Program-made: the position numbers and the translations under genes
In this document: piece after piece, positions 47,710-59,536 of the stretch
Layout: every line of letters starts with the position of its first letter
How positions within the stretch are numbered: position 1 is the first letter of the stretch
NCBI GenBank assembly: GCA_029246105.1
Contig: JAQWOA010000027.1
Coordinates: 3,056 to 67,055 of the forward strand
Length of the DNA: 64,000 nt
Source of the DNA: Woeseiaceae bacterium
GTDB taxonomy: Bacteria; Pseudomonadota; Gammaproteobacteria; Steroidobacterales; Woeseiaceae
Direction: 5' to 3'
The notes under the pieces: generated by a model
Databases searched by the model: none
What the model saw: the letters and a program-made list of their open reading frames with translations, nothing else
Told to the model about the DNA's origin: nothing

Positions 47710-49771
47710 TTCGCCGCTAACTGCTTTGAAAGGCGTCGGCCCGGCGCTCGCAAAAAAACTTGAGAAACTTAATCTCAAAAGAGTTGATGATCTGCTATTT
47801 CTATTACCGCTAAGGTATGAGGACCGTACACAACTCGTAAAAGTTGGCGCACTAGAAGCAGGCGCTCGATGTCTGGTTTCTGGCGAAATTCTACTTGCCA
47901 ATACTGTCTTTCGCGGACGGCGAAATCTATTAGTTCGAATTGGTGACGGCAGTGGTCAGATGACATTGCGTTTTTTTCATTTTTCTCGACAGCAACAAGT
48001 ACAATTCCAACCCAACTCTCACGTGATCTGTTTCGGAGAGGTTCGTAAAGGACAGTCCGGTTTCGAGATGATCCATCCTGAGTACCGCATCACGCAAGAG
48101 AGGCAAGATACTGCGACAACAGACTCACTAACACCAATCTATCCAGCAACTGAGGGTGTTCAACAAGGTCGCTTACGGAATTTGACTGATCAGGCCTTGC
48201 GACTAATGCATGCTAAGCCACCCAAAGAATTACTTCCTAGGAAAGTCACTAAAAGAATCGGCATGCCTTCGCTCGCAGATGCAATTAACTATATACACCG
48301 TCCACCGCCTGACGCTGATGTTCAACAAATGCTCTCTGGCACCCATCCATTTCAGCGACGCCTTGTGTTTGAAGAACTATTAGCGCATTACCTAAGTCTA
48401 CGAAATTTACGCGCGCTAACTGCTACAGAAAATGCGATAGCACTAACAAATGGCAATGAGGATGTCAGTAGTTTTGTAAACGAGTTACCATTCAAACTAA
48501 CGAATGCTCAAGATCGCGTGATCAGCGACATATTGTTAGATCTCGCTGAACCTCATCCGATGATGCGATTAATTCAGGGCGACGTCGGCTCTGGCAAGAC
48601 AATCGTCGCAGCTGTGGCTTGTTTAAAGGCTATTGCCTGTGGAGTGCAAGCAGCCATAATGGCTCCGACAGAAATTCTCGCAGAACAGCACTGGCGTAGT
48701 TTCTCAGATTGGTTTCGACCTCTAAAGATAACACCTGCTTGGTTAAGTGGTAACCAGCGAGCGGCACCGAGACGTGAATCTCTTCAATCTATAGCGGATG
48801 GCAGCGCACAATTAATTATCGGCACACATGCTTTATTCCAAAAAGGCTTTAATTTTTATCGTCTTGGTCTAGTCATCATCGACGAACAGCATCGTTTTGG
48901 CGTCCATCAAAGAATGGCGCTGCGAGACAAGGGCATCTCCGAGAGCGGCCATCCACATCAATTAGTCATGACTGCGACACCCATCCCAAGAACATTGGCA
49001 ATGGCCGCTTACGCTGATCTCGATACCTCGATTATTGATGAATTACCACCCAAACGTCAGCCGGTCTCGACTGTCGCTGTACCTGAAACTCGGCGTAGTG
49101 AAGTTGTGGAAAGAGTCCGATCCTCCTGTGCTTTTGGACATCAGGCCTATTGGGTATGTCCTCTGATAGAAGAAAGCGAAGCACTAAACTGCCAGGCGGC
49201 CGAAGCAAGTTATCAAATGCTAACTGAAGCCCTACCAAATTTGCGCGTTGGTCTCGTGCATGGACGTATGCGACCTGCGGAAAAGGAACGCGTCATGAAG
49301 GCCTTTAAAAAAGGTCTTATCAAACTACTAGTCGCAACGACTATAATTGAGGTCGGAGTCGATGTGCCAAATGCAAATCTGATGATTATCGAAAATGCCG
49401 AGCGTATGGGGTTATCGCAACTACATCAATTACGCGGTCGTGTTGGTCGAGGTGAGGCTAAAAGTCATTGCGTACTTATCTATAAATTACCATTAGGTCA
49501 TATCGCCAAGGAGCGACTCACAGTCCTTCGGGATACGAATGATGGATTTATCGTCGCACAGCGTGATCTCGAATTACGCGGGCCTGGTGAATTGCTGGGT
49601 GCTAAACAAACTGGTTTACCAGATTATCGAATTGCAAATCTTGTCAGGGATGCTGATTTAATGCCGCAAGTACAAATATGTGCAGAAGCTATTCTCAAAG
49701 AAACTGAAAATCATGCAGCGGCTATCATGCGACGATGGCTCGGTGACGCCAGTCGATATGGGAAAGTGTAA
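47690..49771 (+). CDS. recG: ATP-dependent DNA helicase RecG
   Basis: GDVGSGKT, DEQHRFG and QLHQLRGRVGRG motifs are present, along with an N-terminal wedge domain. It overlaps ridA by 20 nt. Confidence 0.95.
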   Translation: MQSLQSDSPLTALKGVGPALAKKLEKLNLKRVDDLLFLLPLRYEDRTQLVKVGALEAGARCLVSGEILLANTVFRGRRNLLVRIGDGSGQMTLRFFHFSRQQQVQFQPNSHVICFGEVRKGQSGFEMIHPEYRITQERQDTATTDSLTPIYPATEGVQQGRLRNLTDQALRLMHAKPPKELLPRKVTKRIGMPSLADAINYIHRPPPDADVQQMLSGTHPFQRRLVFEELLAHYLSLRNLRALTATENAIALTNGNEDVSSFVNELPFKLTNAQDRVISDILLDLAEPHPMMRLIQGDVGSGKTIVAAVACLKAIACGVQAAIMAPTEILAEQHWRSFSDWFRPLKITPAWLSGNQRAAPRRESLQSIADGSAQLIIGTHALFQKGFNFYRLGLVIIDEQHRFGVHQRMALRDKGISESGHPHQLVMTATPIPRTLAMAAYADLDTSIIDELPPKRQPVSTVAVPETRRSEVVERVRSSCAFGHQAYWVCPLIEESEALNCQAAEASYQMLTEALPNLRVGLVHGRMRPAEKERVMKAFKKGLIKLLVATTIIEVGVDVPNANLMIIENAERMGLSQLHQLRGRVGRGEAKSHCVLIYKLPLGHIAKERLTVLRDTNDGFIVAQRDLELRGPGELLGAKQTGLPDYRIANLVRDADLMPQVQICAEAILKETENHAAAIMRRWLGDASRYGKV

Positions 49772-49784
49772 ACTTTTTGCCCTG

Positions 49785-50675
49785 ATGCAAATTTTCAAAT
49801 CAAAACTAATCTGGCGGCTATGTAATTACAGTAAGCTCATGCGTATCAATAAGCCAATTGGAATCTGGTTGCTATTATGGCCCACACTATGGGCCCTTTG
49901 GCTTGCGAGCGAAGGTACTCCGAATCAAGGCATATTTGTGATATTCATATTAGGTGTGATCATTATGCGTTCTGCAGGATGCGTATTGAATGACTATGTA
50001 GACCGCAAAATTGATCCCTATGTAGAGCGAACCCAGAATCGGCCCATTGCTTCTGAAGTAGTGACGCCTCTAGAAGCTCTGATTTTATTTGCCGCTTTAA
50101 GTCTTATAGCTATCGGTCTAGCAACGATGCTAAATAAACAGACACAATTACTTGCCATCGTCGCAGGCGGCCTTACTATTACGTATCCATTCGTTAAACA
50201 TTACTTCTCCATTCCACAACTTATATTGGGTGCAGCCTTTGGTTGGGCTGTGCCGATGGCATTTACCGCAGAGACTGGAAAAACATCGGAGCTCGCCTGG
50301 CTTGTGTTTGGATCAACCATGATCTGGGTGATAATTTATGACACATTTTATGCGATGGTTGATCGCGAAGATGATTTAAAGATTGGCGTAAAATCAACTG
50401 CTATTTTATTCGGGAATTTCGATCTTTTTGTTATTGCAGGACTCCAGGTTCTGATGCTTTTGGCGCTTATCATGATTGGATATCTTGCCGAGCTTAGTGT
50501 TTGGTATTACGCTTCAATATTCTTTGCCGCTGGATTCATGGTTTATCATCTCTGGCTTGCTCGTGACCGACAGCCGGAAGGTTGCTTCGCTGCCTTTCTA
50601 AACAATCATATTATTGGCCTAATCGTTTTTATTGGCTTACTTCTGCACTACACTTTCAATCCGAGTATTGCCTAG
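49785..50675 (+). CDS. ubiA: 4-hydroxybenzoate polyprenyltransferase
   Basis: MRINKPIGIWLLLWPTLWAL and NDYVDRKID (the NDxxDxxxD motif) are present. I chose ATG at 49785 because the N-terminal length then matches E. coli UbiA. The ORF track's 49680 start would run inside recG. Confidence 0.9.
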   Translation: MQIFKSKLIWRLCNYSKLMRINKPIGIWLLLWPTLWALWLASEGTPNQGIFVIFILGVIIMRSAGCVLNDYVDRKIDPYVERTQNRPIASEVVTPLEALILFAALSLIAIGLATMLNKQTQLLAIVAGGLTITYPFVKHYFSIPQLILGAAFGWAVPMAFTAETGKTSELAWLVFGSTMIWVIIYDTFYAMVDREDDLKIGVKSTAILFGNFDLFVIAGLQVLMLLALIMIGYLAELSVWYYASIFFAAGFMVYHLWLARDRQPEGCFAAFLNNHIIGLIVFIGLLLHYTFNPSIA

Positions 50676-50782
50676 TGTCGAATGCGAAAAAATTTATTCA
50701 TAGGGCCCAATACGCGATTACGAATTTTCCTCTAAGTTCTTATAAATAAAAAAACATTCAGCAAACTTCTAACACATCACTA

Positions 50783-51628
50783 ATGCTAAACAACAAACAC
50801 ATCCGCCGCCGATTTGAACGAATCGCAAGTCAATTTGATAGCGCAGATTTTGTCCATGCCACTACACGCGAAGGCCTTCTTAGACGTCTTGAACCCATTC
50901 TTATTGAGGCCAAGACAATCATCGATCTCGGCTCTGCAACAGGTTCTGCGAGTCGTATTCTCAAAAAACGCTTCAGAAAAGCTGATGTCATCTCAGTAGA
51001 TATTTCCCATAACATGTTATGCGAAGCAAGAAAGAAAAAAGTATGGCTATCTAGAGCCACTTATACTCAAGCAGATGCAGTCTCTTTGCCATTTCGAAAT
51101 GCTTGCGTTGATCTGGTATTCGCGAATATGCTATTACCCTGGCTCAACGATCCAGCACTGGTCTTTATGGAGATAGCTCGAGTTTTAAGAAAGGGAGGTG
51201 TTTTCGCTTTCACTACTCTCGGTCCAGATAGTTTTCGTGAGATCGCCCAAGCCTGGAGTCAGATCGACGGCCAAGTTCATGTGAATCGATTTGCAGATAT
51301 GCATAATCTAGGTGATGACTTAGTAAATTCAGGACTCCGTGATCCAGTAGTAGATGTTGACCGTCTGTCTATCAACTACAAAAATAGTGAAAAACTGTTT
51401 ACTGATCTAACAAATAACGGTGCCCGCAATACCCTAATAGCACGAAGTCAAGCTCTAACAGGGAAAGGGTCATTTAAGGCCATGCTTGCAGCTCTGACTG
51501 ATCCTAACAAAGGCGACATCACATTAAATCTCGAGTTAATATATGGCCATTGTTGGGGCTCCGGCCCTAAAATGGATCCAGCTAATTATCGTATTGATGC
51601 CACCCATATACCACTTCGACGTACCTAA
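50783..51628 (+). CDS. class I SAM-dependent methyltransferase, BioC-like
   Basis: The BioC-style N-terminus is IRRRFERIASQFDSADFVH. Motif I is degenerate (IIDLGSATG). A post-I VDIS motif and VFANMLLPW are present. Confidence 0.6.
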   Translation: MLNNKHIRRRFERIASQFDSADFVHATTREGLLRRLEPILIEAKTIIDLGSATGSASRILKKRFRKADVISVDISHNMLCEARKKKVWLSRATYTQADAVSLPFRNACVDLVFANMLLPWLNDPALVFMEIARVLRKGGVFAFTTLGPDSFREIAQAWSQIDGQVHVNRFADMHNLGDDLVNSGLRDPVVDVDRLSINYKNSEKLFTDLTNNGARNTLIARSQALTGKGSFKAMLAALTDPNKGDITLNLELIYGHCWGSGPKMDPANYRIDATHIPLRRT

Positions 51629-51648
51629 TTAAAATTCAAATATGATCT

Positions 51649-51681
51649 ATCTCTTAAGCTTTTATAACAAAGAGATTTTTT
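51649..51681 (+). terminator. candidate intrinsic terminator after the methyltransferase gene
   Basis: ATCTCTT and AAGAGAT form a 7-bp stem around a 14-nt loop, followed by TTTTT. The stem is AT-rich and therefore weak. Confidence 0.35.
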
Positions 51682-51763
51682 CTAAAATATAGCTTCTAAA
51701 CTACATTGCGTGGCTGACTTGATTTAAGTACACTTCGCGAGCTTTTTTGCTGGGTTCCATGGC

Positions 51764-52540
51764 ATGTATGTCACCATTGGTGTCATCATGCTAACCGTAA
51801 TCTGGTTCGCATTTGGAGAATATTACTTGAACGACCAGTTCAAAAAGCCGTTGCCAGCTTGGCTGCCCCTGGTCATCGGTACTTTCCTCGTTTTGCAGTT
51901 TGCCGGTCTTAGCGCATGGCAGGTTTCCCGTGGCCTCGAAAAACGAACGACACAACAGGCATTCCAGTCCGAATCAATTTTCACACCTTGGTATAACGGT
52001 ATGAAAGTTAGCTCTTTTCAAAATTTGAGCGTAAAGGGCCAATACTTAAGTGGGCAACAGTTTGTGCTCGACAACATCATTATCAACAATCGTTATGGCC
52101 ATTATGTTATTTCACCTCTCAACGTCGGCGACAATATGCCTCTTCTGCTAGTCAATCGAGGCTGGGTAGAAAAAGAGAGCGGTAATTTTGACTATAGCCG
52201 TCTAGAGCTAATAAATGGTGAGGTCAATATTCATGGTCGCGCTGGATCACTACCTAAAGCAGGACAAAGAATGAATAAAGCATTCGATGCCAATAGCGAC
52301 TGGCCAAAGCATGCGATATACCCTTCATTAGCAGAAATAACTGACGCATTAGGTCACAAAGTTCAACCATTTGTATTGTTATTGGATCACAATGAAAAAA
52401 ATGGTTTTTTACGACATTGGGTCCCTTCCGAATTTGGCCCAGGAAAACATTTCGGTTATGCATTGCAATGGTTCGCGATGGGCATAATTTTAGCTGGACT
52501 ATTGTTCTGGAACTACCGAAAGAAGCAACTCAGAGCGTGA
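51764..52540 (+). CDS. SURF1 family cytochrome oxidase assembly protein
   Basis: LSAWQVSRGLEK, VNRGWV and the C-terminal GYALQWFAMG transmembrane segment are SURF1 hallmarks. Confidence 0.8.
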   Translation: MYVTIGVIMLTVIWFAFGEYYLNDQFKKPLPAWLPLVIGTFLVLQFAGLSAWQVSRGLEKRTTQQAFQSESIFTPWYNGMKVSSFQNLSVKGQYLSGQQFVLDNIIINNRYGHYVISPLNVGDNMPLLLVNRGWVEKESGNFDYSRLELINGEVNIHGRAGSLPKAGQRMNKAFDANSDWPKHAIYPSLAEITDALGHKVQPFVLLLDHNEKNGFLRHWVPSEFGPGKHFGYALQWFAMGIILAGLLFWNYRKKQLRA

Positions 52541-53100
52541 CTAAAAAGAAATCAACCTGGGCACATATGCAAATAATGTTAATCGCTCTCGTATTCTTTG
52601 GGCCCCTCATAATAGCGACATGGATGTATTATGGTGGTCATTTTCAGCCAAAAAAAGAAACAAATTATGGTGCCATATTGGAGCCAGCCGTAAACATTAT
52701 CGAAGAGCTTCCTAACATCCAGGTTATTAAAAGCGGATTCTGGATGCTAATTTACTCAAATGAGTCTGAATGCCTGGAGAATTGTCAAACATCACTCTAC
52801 ACAATTCGACAATCTCAAAAAATGCTTAGTGAAAAAATACCCAACCTCATGCGAGTCTTCTTGCACGGCGAATCACTGCCAGATACAGTATTTCTCGCCG
52901 ATGAATTAATAGGGCTTATAGTAATGCAAAATTTTTCTTTCTCAACATTACTCAATAACAAGAAGCCTGCTTCACTGTCGGCAGGTGGATACTTCCTGAT
53001 AGACCCTCTGGGCAATCTCGTCATGTATCATGAGCCCGAAACAGGTCCCAGCGATATAGTCAAAGACATAAAAAATCTTTTAAAAAGTTATCTCGCATAG
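52537..53100 (+). CDS. membrane-anchored thioredoxin-fold, SCO-like protein with a CxxxC motif
   Basis: The GTG start overlaps the SURF1 stop (GTGA). A KKK stretch and one transmembrane segment lead into WMLIYSNESECLENC (CxxxC) and YFLIDPLGNLVMY, which resemble the SCO/SenC fold. The ORF track's 52417 start would overlap SURF1 by 124 nt. Confidence 0.5.
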   Translation: MTKKKSTWAHMQIMLIALVFFGPLIIATWMYYGGHFQPKKETNYGAILEPAVNIIEELPNIQVIKSGFWMLIYSNESECLENCQTSLYTIRQSQKMLSEKIPNLMRVFLHGESLPDTVFLADELIGLIVMQNFSFSTLLNNKKPASLSAGGYFLIDPLGNLVMYHEPETGPSDIVKDIKNLLKSYLA

Positions 53101-53105
53101 GCTGA

Positions 53106-54017
53106 GTGAGAAAAGTGAAAACAATCGTTGAGACAGGCATCAACTGGCGAGATTACTACGAGCTGACAAAGCCGAGAGTCGTCATACTTATCGTATTCAC
53201 TGCCGTAGTGGGTATGTTCCTCGCGGTTCCAGGCTTACCAGATATAGAGAAATTTATTTTTGGCACTATTGGCATTGCTATGGCAGCGTCATCAGCCGCT
53301 GTTTTCAATCATGTTCTCGATGCTCGGATCGACATCCTAATGATGCGAACACGAGGTCGACCTCTTCCCCAGGGCAGACTAACGGAAAAATCCGCACTGA
53401 TTTTCGCATCTGTTCTTTGTGCCTTATCAATGATGATTCTCTGGTTTCTCGTCAATCCACTTACTGCTGTCCTTACATTCTTTTCATTAATTGGTTATGC
53501 CCTCATTTACACGGCCTGGCTAAAGCGGGCAACGTCACAGAATATTGTCATCGGTGGAGCAGCGGGCGCAGCACCACCGATTCTTGGTTGGACATCGATA
53601 ACAAATGAAGTAACTAGCGAGCCACTATTACTATTCCTAATCATATTTGTTTGGACTCCACCGCATTTCTGGGCCCTGGCAATTGCACGGCTTGAAGAAT
53701 ACCAAAAAGTTGAGATTCCAATGTTGCCGGTAACACATGGCGTTCCATACACAAGATTAAATATCCTTCTTTATTCAATCCTGCTGTTACTTGTCACTAT
53801 CTTGCCATATCTAATCGGTATGAGTGGCTTAATCTATCTCGTCGTAGCTGTTGGACTTGGCATATATTTTCTTTACTACGCTATTCGAATTTATCGAGAG
53901 CATAATAATGAAGAATTACCAATGCAGATGTTCTGGTATTCCATTAGTTATCTAGGCTACCTATTCGCAATATTACTGATTGATCACTACTTTATTTTCA
54001 GGATTACATTTTCGTAA
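53106..54017 (+). CDS. ctaB: protoheme IX farnesyltransferase (heme O synthase)
   Basis: YYELTKPRVV, NHVLDARIDILMMRTRGRPLP and WTPPHFWALA motifs are present. It uses a GTG start. Confidence 0.9.
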   Translation: MRKVKTIVETGINWRDYYELTKPRVVILIVFTAVVGMFLAVPGLPDIEKFIFGTIGIAMAASSAAVFNHVLDARIDILMMRTRGRPLPQGRLTEKSALIFASVLCALSMMILWFLVNPLTAVLTFFSLIGYALIYTAWLKRATSQNIVIGGAAGAAPPILGWTSITNEVTSEPLLLFLIIFVWTPPHFWALAIARLEEYQKVEIPMLPVTHGVPYTRLNILLYSILLLLVTILPYLIGMSGLIYLVVAVGLGIYFLYYAIRIYREHNNEELPMQMFWYSISYLGYLFAILLIDHYFIFRITFS

Positions 54018-54034
54018 GCTCGATATTTCTCCGA

Positions 54035-56209
<2,175 letters not shown>

Positions 56210-56219
56210 ACTACTAATA

Positions 56220-57596
56220 ATGAAGATATTAATTCTCGGCGCAGGTCAGGTTGGTTCTTCCGCGGCATATCATTTGTCACGGGAAGAAGCTAATGAGGTC
56301 ACCGTTATTGACACACGGCCAGATGTATTACGTGAGCTGCAAGATCGACTCGATATTCGCACTGTAGTTGGTCATGCCGCTCATCCAGATGTACTCGAAA
56401 GAGCTGGTGCCGATGACGCTGAAATCATCATTGCACTTACAGACACCGACGAAATCAATATGATCGCGTGTCAAATCGCATATACCAAATTTCGAACCCC
56501 AACCAAGATTGCTCGAGTTCGGTCTTCTGAATATATGAACGCAAATGAATTGTTCACACAAGACGCCATCCCAATCGATGTTCGTATCAGTCCAGAACAG
56601 CTAGTGTGCTCACATATTGAGGAACTTATACTTTACCCCGGCTCATCTCAGGTTCTAGATTTTGCAAACGGTCGAGTTAGACTGGTTGGTGCGAAAGCTG
56701 ATCGCGGTGGTCTCTTAGTCGGACAAAAAATCGCTACGCTAAAAGATCACATCCGAAACACGGAGGGCCGCATTGCTGCAATATATCGTGATGGAAAAGC
56801 TATGCTTCCTAAGGGTGATACAGTTATTCAAGAGGGAGATGAAGTCTTTTTCATAGCAGACCGTAAGGACATTCGTATCTTCATGAGCGAGATGCGTCGT
56901 CTCGAAGGTCCGGTACGTCGAGTGGTCATTGCTGGTGGTGGCAATATTGGTGTGCGCCTTGCGCTTGCACTAGAACAATCTAATCAAGTCAAGATTATTG
57001 AACGCGATCCAGAACGGGCACGACAGATTTCAGAGCAACTTAACAAAGCTATTGTCCTTGTTGGCGACGTCGCAGACGAAGAGCGGTTACTAGAAGAAAA
57101 TATCGATGACGTCGATGTATTTTGTGGCCTGACCAACTCTGAAGAAGCTAATATTTTAAGCTGTATGCTGGCTAAACGTCTGGGTGCAAAAAAAGTAATG
57201 GCACTAATAAATCGAACAGCCTATGTTGATCTGGTCGAATCAGGAAGCATCGATATCGCCATCTCACCACAACAAATTACAATCGGTTCATTGCTTGCTC
57301 ATGTGCGTCGAGGTGATGTTGTTAAGGTGCACTCCTTACGACGTGGTGCAGCCGAAGCAATGGAGGCGATTGCGCATGGCGATGTAGATAGCTCTAAAGT
57401 CGTCGGACGAAAAATAGAAGACATTGATCTTCCAAAAGGTGCCGTTATCATCGCCATCGTACGTGGCGATCGAATCATCAGCGCACATCACGACACCATG
57501 ATTGAGACTGACGATCATGTCATTTTATTTATGACAGATCGTCGTAAGATTGAACGCCTGGAAAGTTTGTTCCAGGTTGGTGTTGCATTCGTCTAA
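56220..57596 (+). CDS. trkA: Trk system potassium uptake protein TrkA
   Basis: Two RCK N-domains are present (MKILILGAGQVG and VVIAGGGNIG), each followed by a TrkA-C domain. Confidence 0.95.
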   Translation: MKILILGAGQVGSSAAYHLSREEANEVTVIDTRPDVLRELQDRLDIRTVVGHAAHPDVLERAGADDAEIIIALTDTDEINMIACQIAYTKFRTPTKIARVRSSEYMNANELFTQDAIPIDVRISPEQLVCSHIEELILYPGSSQVLDFANGRVRLVGAKADRGGLLVGQKIATLKDHIRNTEGRIAAIYRDGKAMLPKGDTVIQEGDEVFFIADRKDIRIFMSEMRRLEGPVRRVVIAGGGNIGVRLALALEQSNQVKIIERDPERARQISEQLNKAIVLVGDVADEERLLEENIDDVDVFCGLTNSEEANILSCMLAKRLGAKKVMALINRTAYVDLVESGSIDIAISPQQITIGSLLAHVRRGDVVKVHSLRRGAAEAMEAIAHGDVDSSKVVGRKIEDIDLPKGAVIIAIVRGDRIISAHHDTMIETDDHVILFMTDRRKIERLESLFQVGVAFV

Positions 57597-59048
57597 ATGA
57601 ATTGGACTGTCGTACAGCGAATACTTGGACTCCTGCTGATGATGTTCAGCTTGACGATGTTGCCACCTATTGCATTCAGTCTTTACTATGAAGATCACTC
57701 CTGGCAGCCATTTTTTCAAGGTTTTGGAATAACTCTACTTGCAGGTATTCTAATCTGGCTACCAGTACATCGTTCACGTAAAGACCTCAGATTACGCGAT
57801 GGGTTTCTTATCGTTGCAGCATTCTGGACAGTTTTAGGAACCTTTGGTGCTGCACCTTTGTACTTCACTGAAATCCTTTCACTATCGATTACCGATGCCG
57901 TCTTTGAATCCATGTCAGGATTAACAACCACTGGTGCAACCATACTTACGAATCTCGATGAGCTTCCAGCCTCTATTCTTTACTACCGTCAGCAATTACA
58001 GTGGCTTGGCGGTATGGGAATCATTGTGCTAGCAGTTGCCGTTCTCCCTATGCTGGGTGTTGGTGGCATGCAGCTTTATAGGGCTGAAGCACCGGGACCT
58101 GTAAAAGATTCAAAACTAACGCCTCGAATTACCGAGACTGCCAAAGCGCTATGGTATGTCTACTTGGCTTTCACAGTCGCATGCATGCTTGCCTATTACT
58201 TGGCAGGTATGAATTGGTTCGATGCTCTATGTCATGCATTTTCGACCGTTGCTATCGGTGGTTTTTCAACTCATGATGCAAGCATAGGATACTTTGACAG
58301 CAACGCCATAAACATAGTTACTATTATTTTCATGTTTATGGCGGGTATCAATTTTTCCCTGCATTTTTTCGCCTGGCGCTATGCTTCTGTCAAGCATTAT
58401 ATGAAGGACCCTGAATTTAGGGCTTATAGTTTTGTTTTGATCGTTGTATCTATCCTAGTGATCTTCGGGCTATTCCAATACCGTGGAATTGAAAATCCAG
58501 AACAGACATTAATTAATGGTATTTTTCAAGCTGTCTCGATAGCAACAACAACCGGTTTTACGACCGAAAATTTTGCTCTTTGGCCTGCCGCGATACCCGT
58601 GCTATTAATTTTTGCAAGTTTCATCGGCGGTTCCGCTGGCTCAACGGCCGGCGGAATAAAAGTTGTTCGATGGTTACTTATCTATAAACAGGGTTTACGT
58701 GAAGTTGCTCGTCTCGTTCACCCTAATGCCGAAATCCCAATTAAGTTAGGAGCGGCAGTAGTGAAGCCTAGAGTGGTAGATTCCATCTGGGGCTTCTTTT
58801 CCGTTTATATTATTATCTTTGGTGTGATGTTGCTTGCAATGATGGCAACCGGTCTTGATCAGGTCACGGCATTTTCTGCAGTCGCAGCAACACTCAATAA
58901 TCTCGGGCCGGGCCTCGGCGATGTAGCATCCGGCTTTATGTCTCTTAGTGATACAGCCAAGTGGATCTCTATCGTTGGAATGCTACTCGGACGACTCGAG
59001 ATTTTCACGCTACTTGTTCTCATAACGCCTACTTTCTGGCGCTACTAA
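57597..59048 (+). CDS. trkH: TrkH family potassium transporter
   Basis: The 483-aa polytopic protein carries TTTG-type selectivity motifs (GLTTTGAT, TTTGFT). It starts directly after the trkA stop. Confidence 0.9.
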   Translation: MNWTVVQRILGLLLMMFSLTMLPPIAFSLYYEDHSWQPFFQGFGITLLAGILIWLPVHRSRKDLRLRDGFLIVAAFWTVLGTFGAAPLYFTEILSLSITDAVFESMSGLTTTGATILTNLDELPASILYYRQQLQWLGGMGIIVLAVAVLPMLGVGGMQLYRAEAPGPVKDSKLTPRITETAKALWYVYLAFTVACMLAYYLAGMNWFDALCHAFSTVAIGGFSTHDASIGYFDSNAINIVTIIFMFMAGINFSLHFFAWRYASVKHYMKDPEFRAYSFVLIVVSILVIFGLFQYRGIENPEQTLINGIFQAVSIATTTGFTTENFALWPAAIPVLLIFASFIGGSAGSTAGGIKVVRWLLIYKQGLREVARLVHPNAEIPIKLGAAVVKPRVVDSIWGFFSVYIIIFGVMLLAMMATGLDQVTAFSAVAATLNNLGPGLGDVASGFMSLSDTAKWISIVGMLLGRLEIFTLLVLITPTFWRY

Positions 59049-59049
59049 A

Positions 59050-59535
59050 ATGCTCGACCGCTTTAGTGTACTTTTAGGTAAAACGTCCGCGTGGCTGACT
59101 TTATTTATGGTAATTGTGACCTTTATTGTAGTTGTCATGCGTTACATATTCGATGCGGGGTTAATCTGGCTACAAGAATCAGTAGTTTGGATGCATGCAG
59201 CCACATTCATGATGGGCGCTTCTTACACATTGCAAAGTGAAGAACATATTCGAGTTGATATTTTTTATCGACAAATGAGTCCACAACGTCAGGCATGGGT
59301 CAATCTCATCGGTGTACTTGTTTTTCTCTTGCCGCTTTGTGTTTTTCTGGGATGGAAAGCAATAGATTTCGTGGCGGTCTCTTGGCAAATACAAGAGGCA
59401 TCACGCGAATCAGGTGGTTTACCTTATCCAATGATCCCACTTCTAAAGAGTATTCTCATTGTTATGCCTGTAACAGTCGCCTTACAGAGCATTGTCATAC
59501 TGTCCCGCTGTGCTCGAACAATAAAGGACCACTAA
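59050..59535 (+). CDS. TRAP transporter small permease subunit (DctQ family)
   Basis: It has four predicted transmembrane helices over about 160 aa. It lies 1 nt after trkH and 1 nt before the large permease gene. Confidence 0.8.
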   Translation: MLDRFSVLLGKTSAWLTLFMVIVTFIVVVMRYIFDAGLIWLQESVVWMHAATFMMGASYTLQSEEHIRVDIFYRQMSPQRQAWVNLIGVLVFLLPLCVFLGWKAIDFVAVSWQIQEASRESGGLPYPMIPLLKSILIVMPVTVALQSIVILSRCARTIKDH

Positions 59536-59536
59536 G

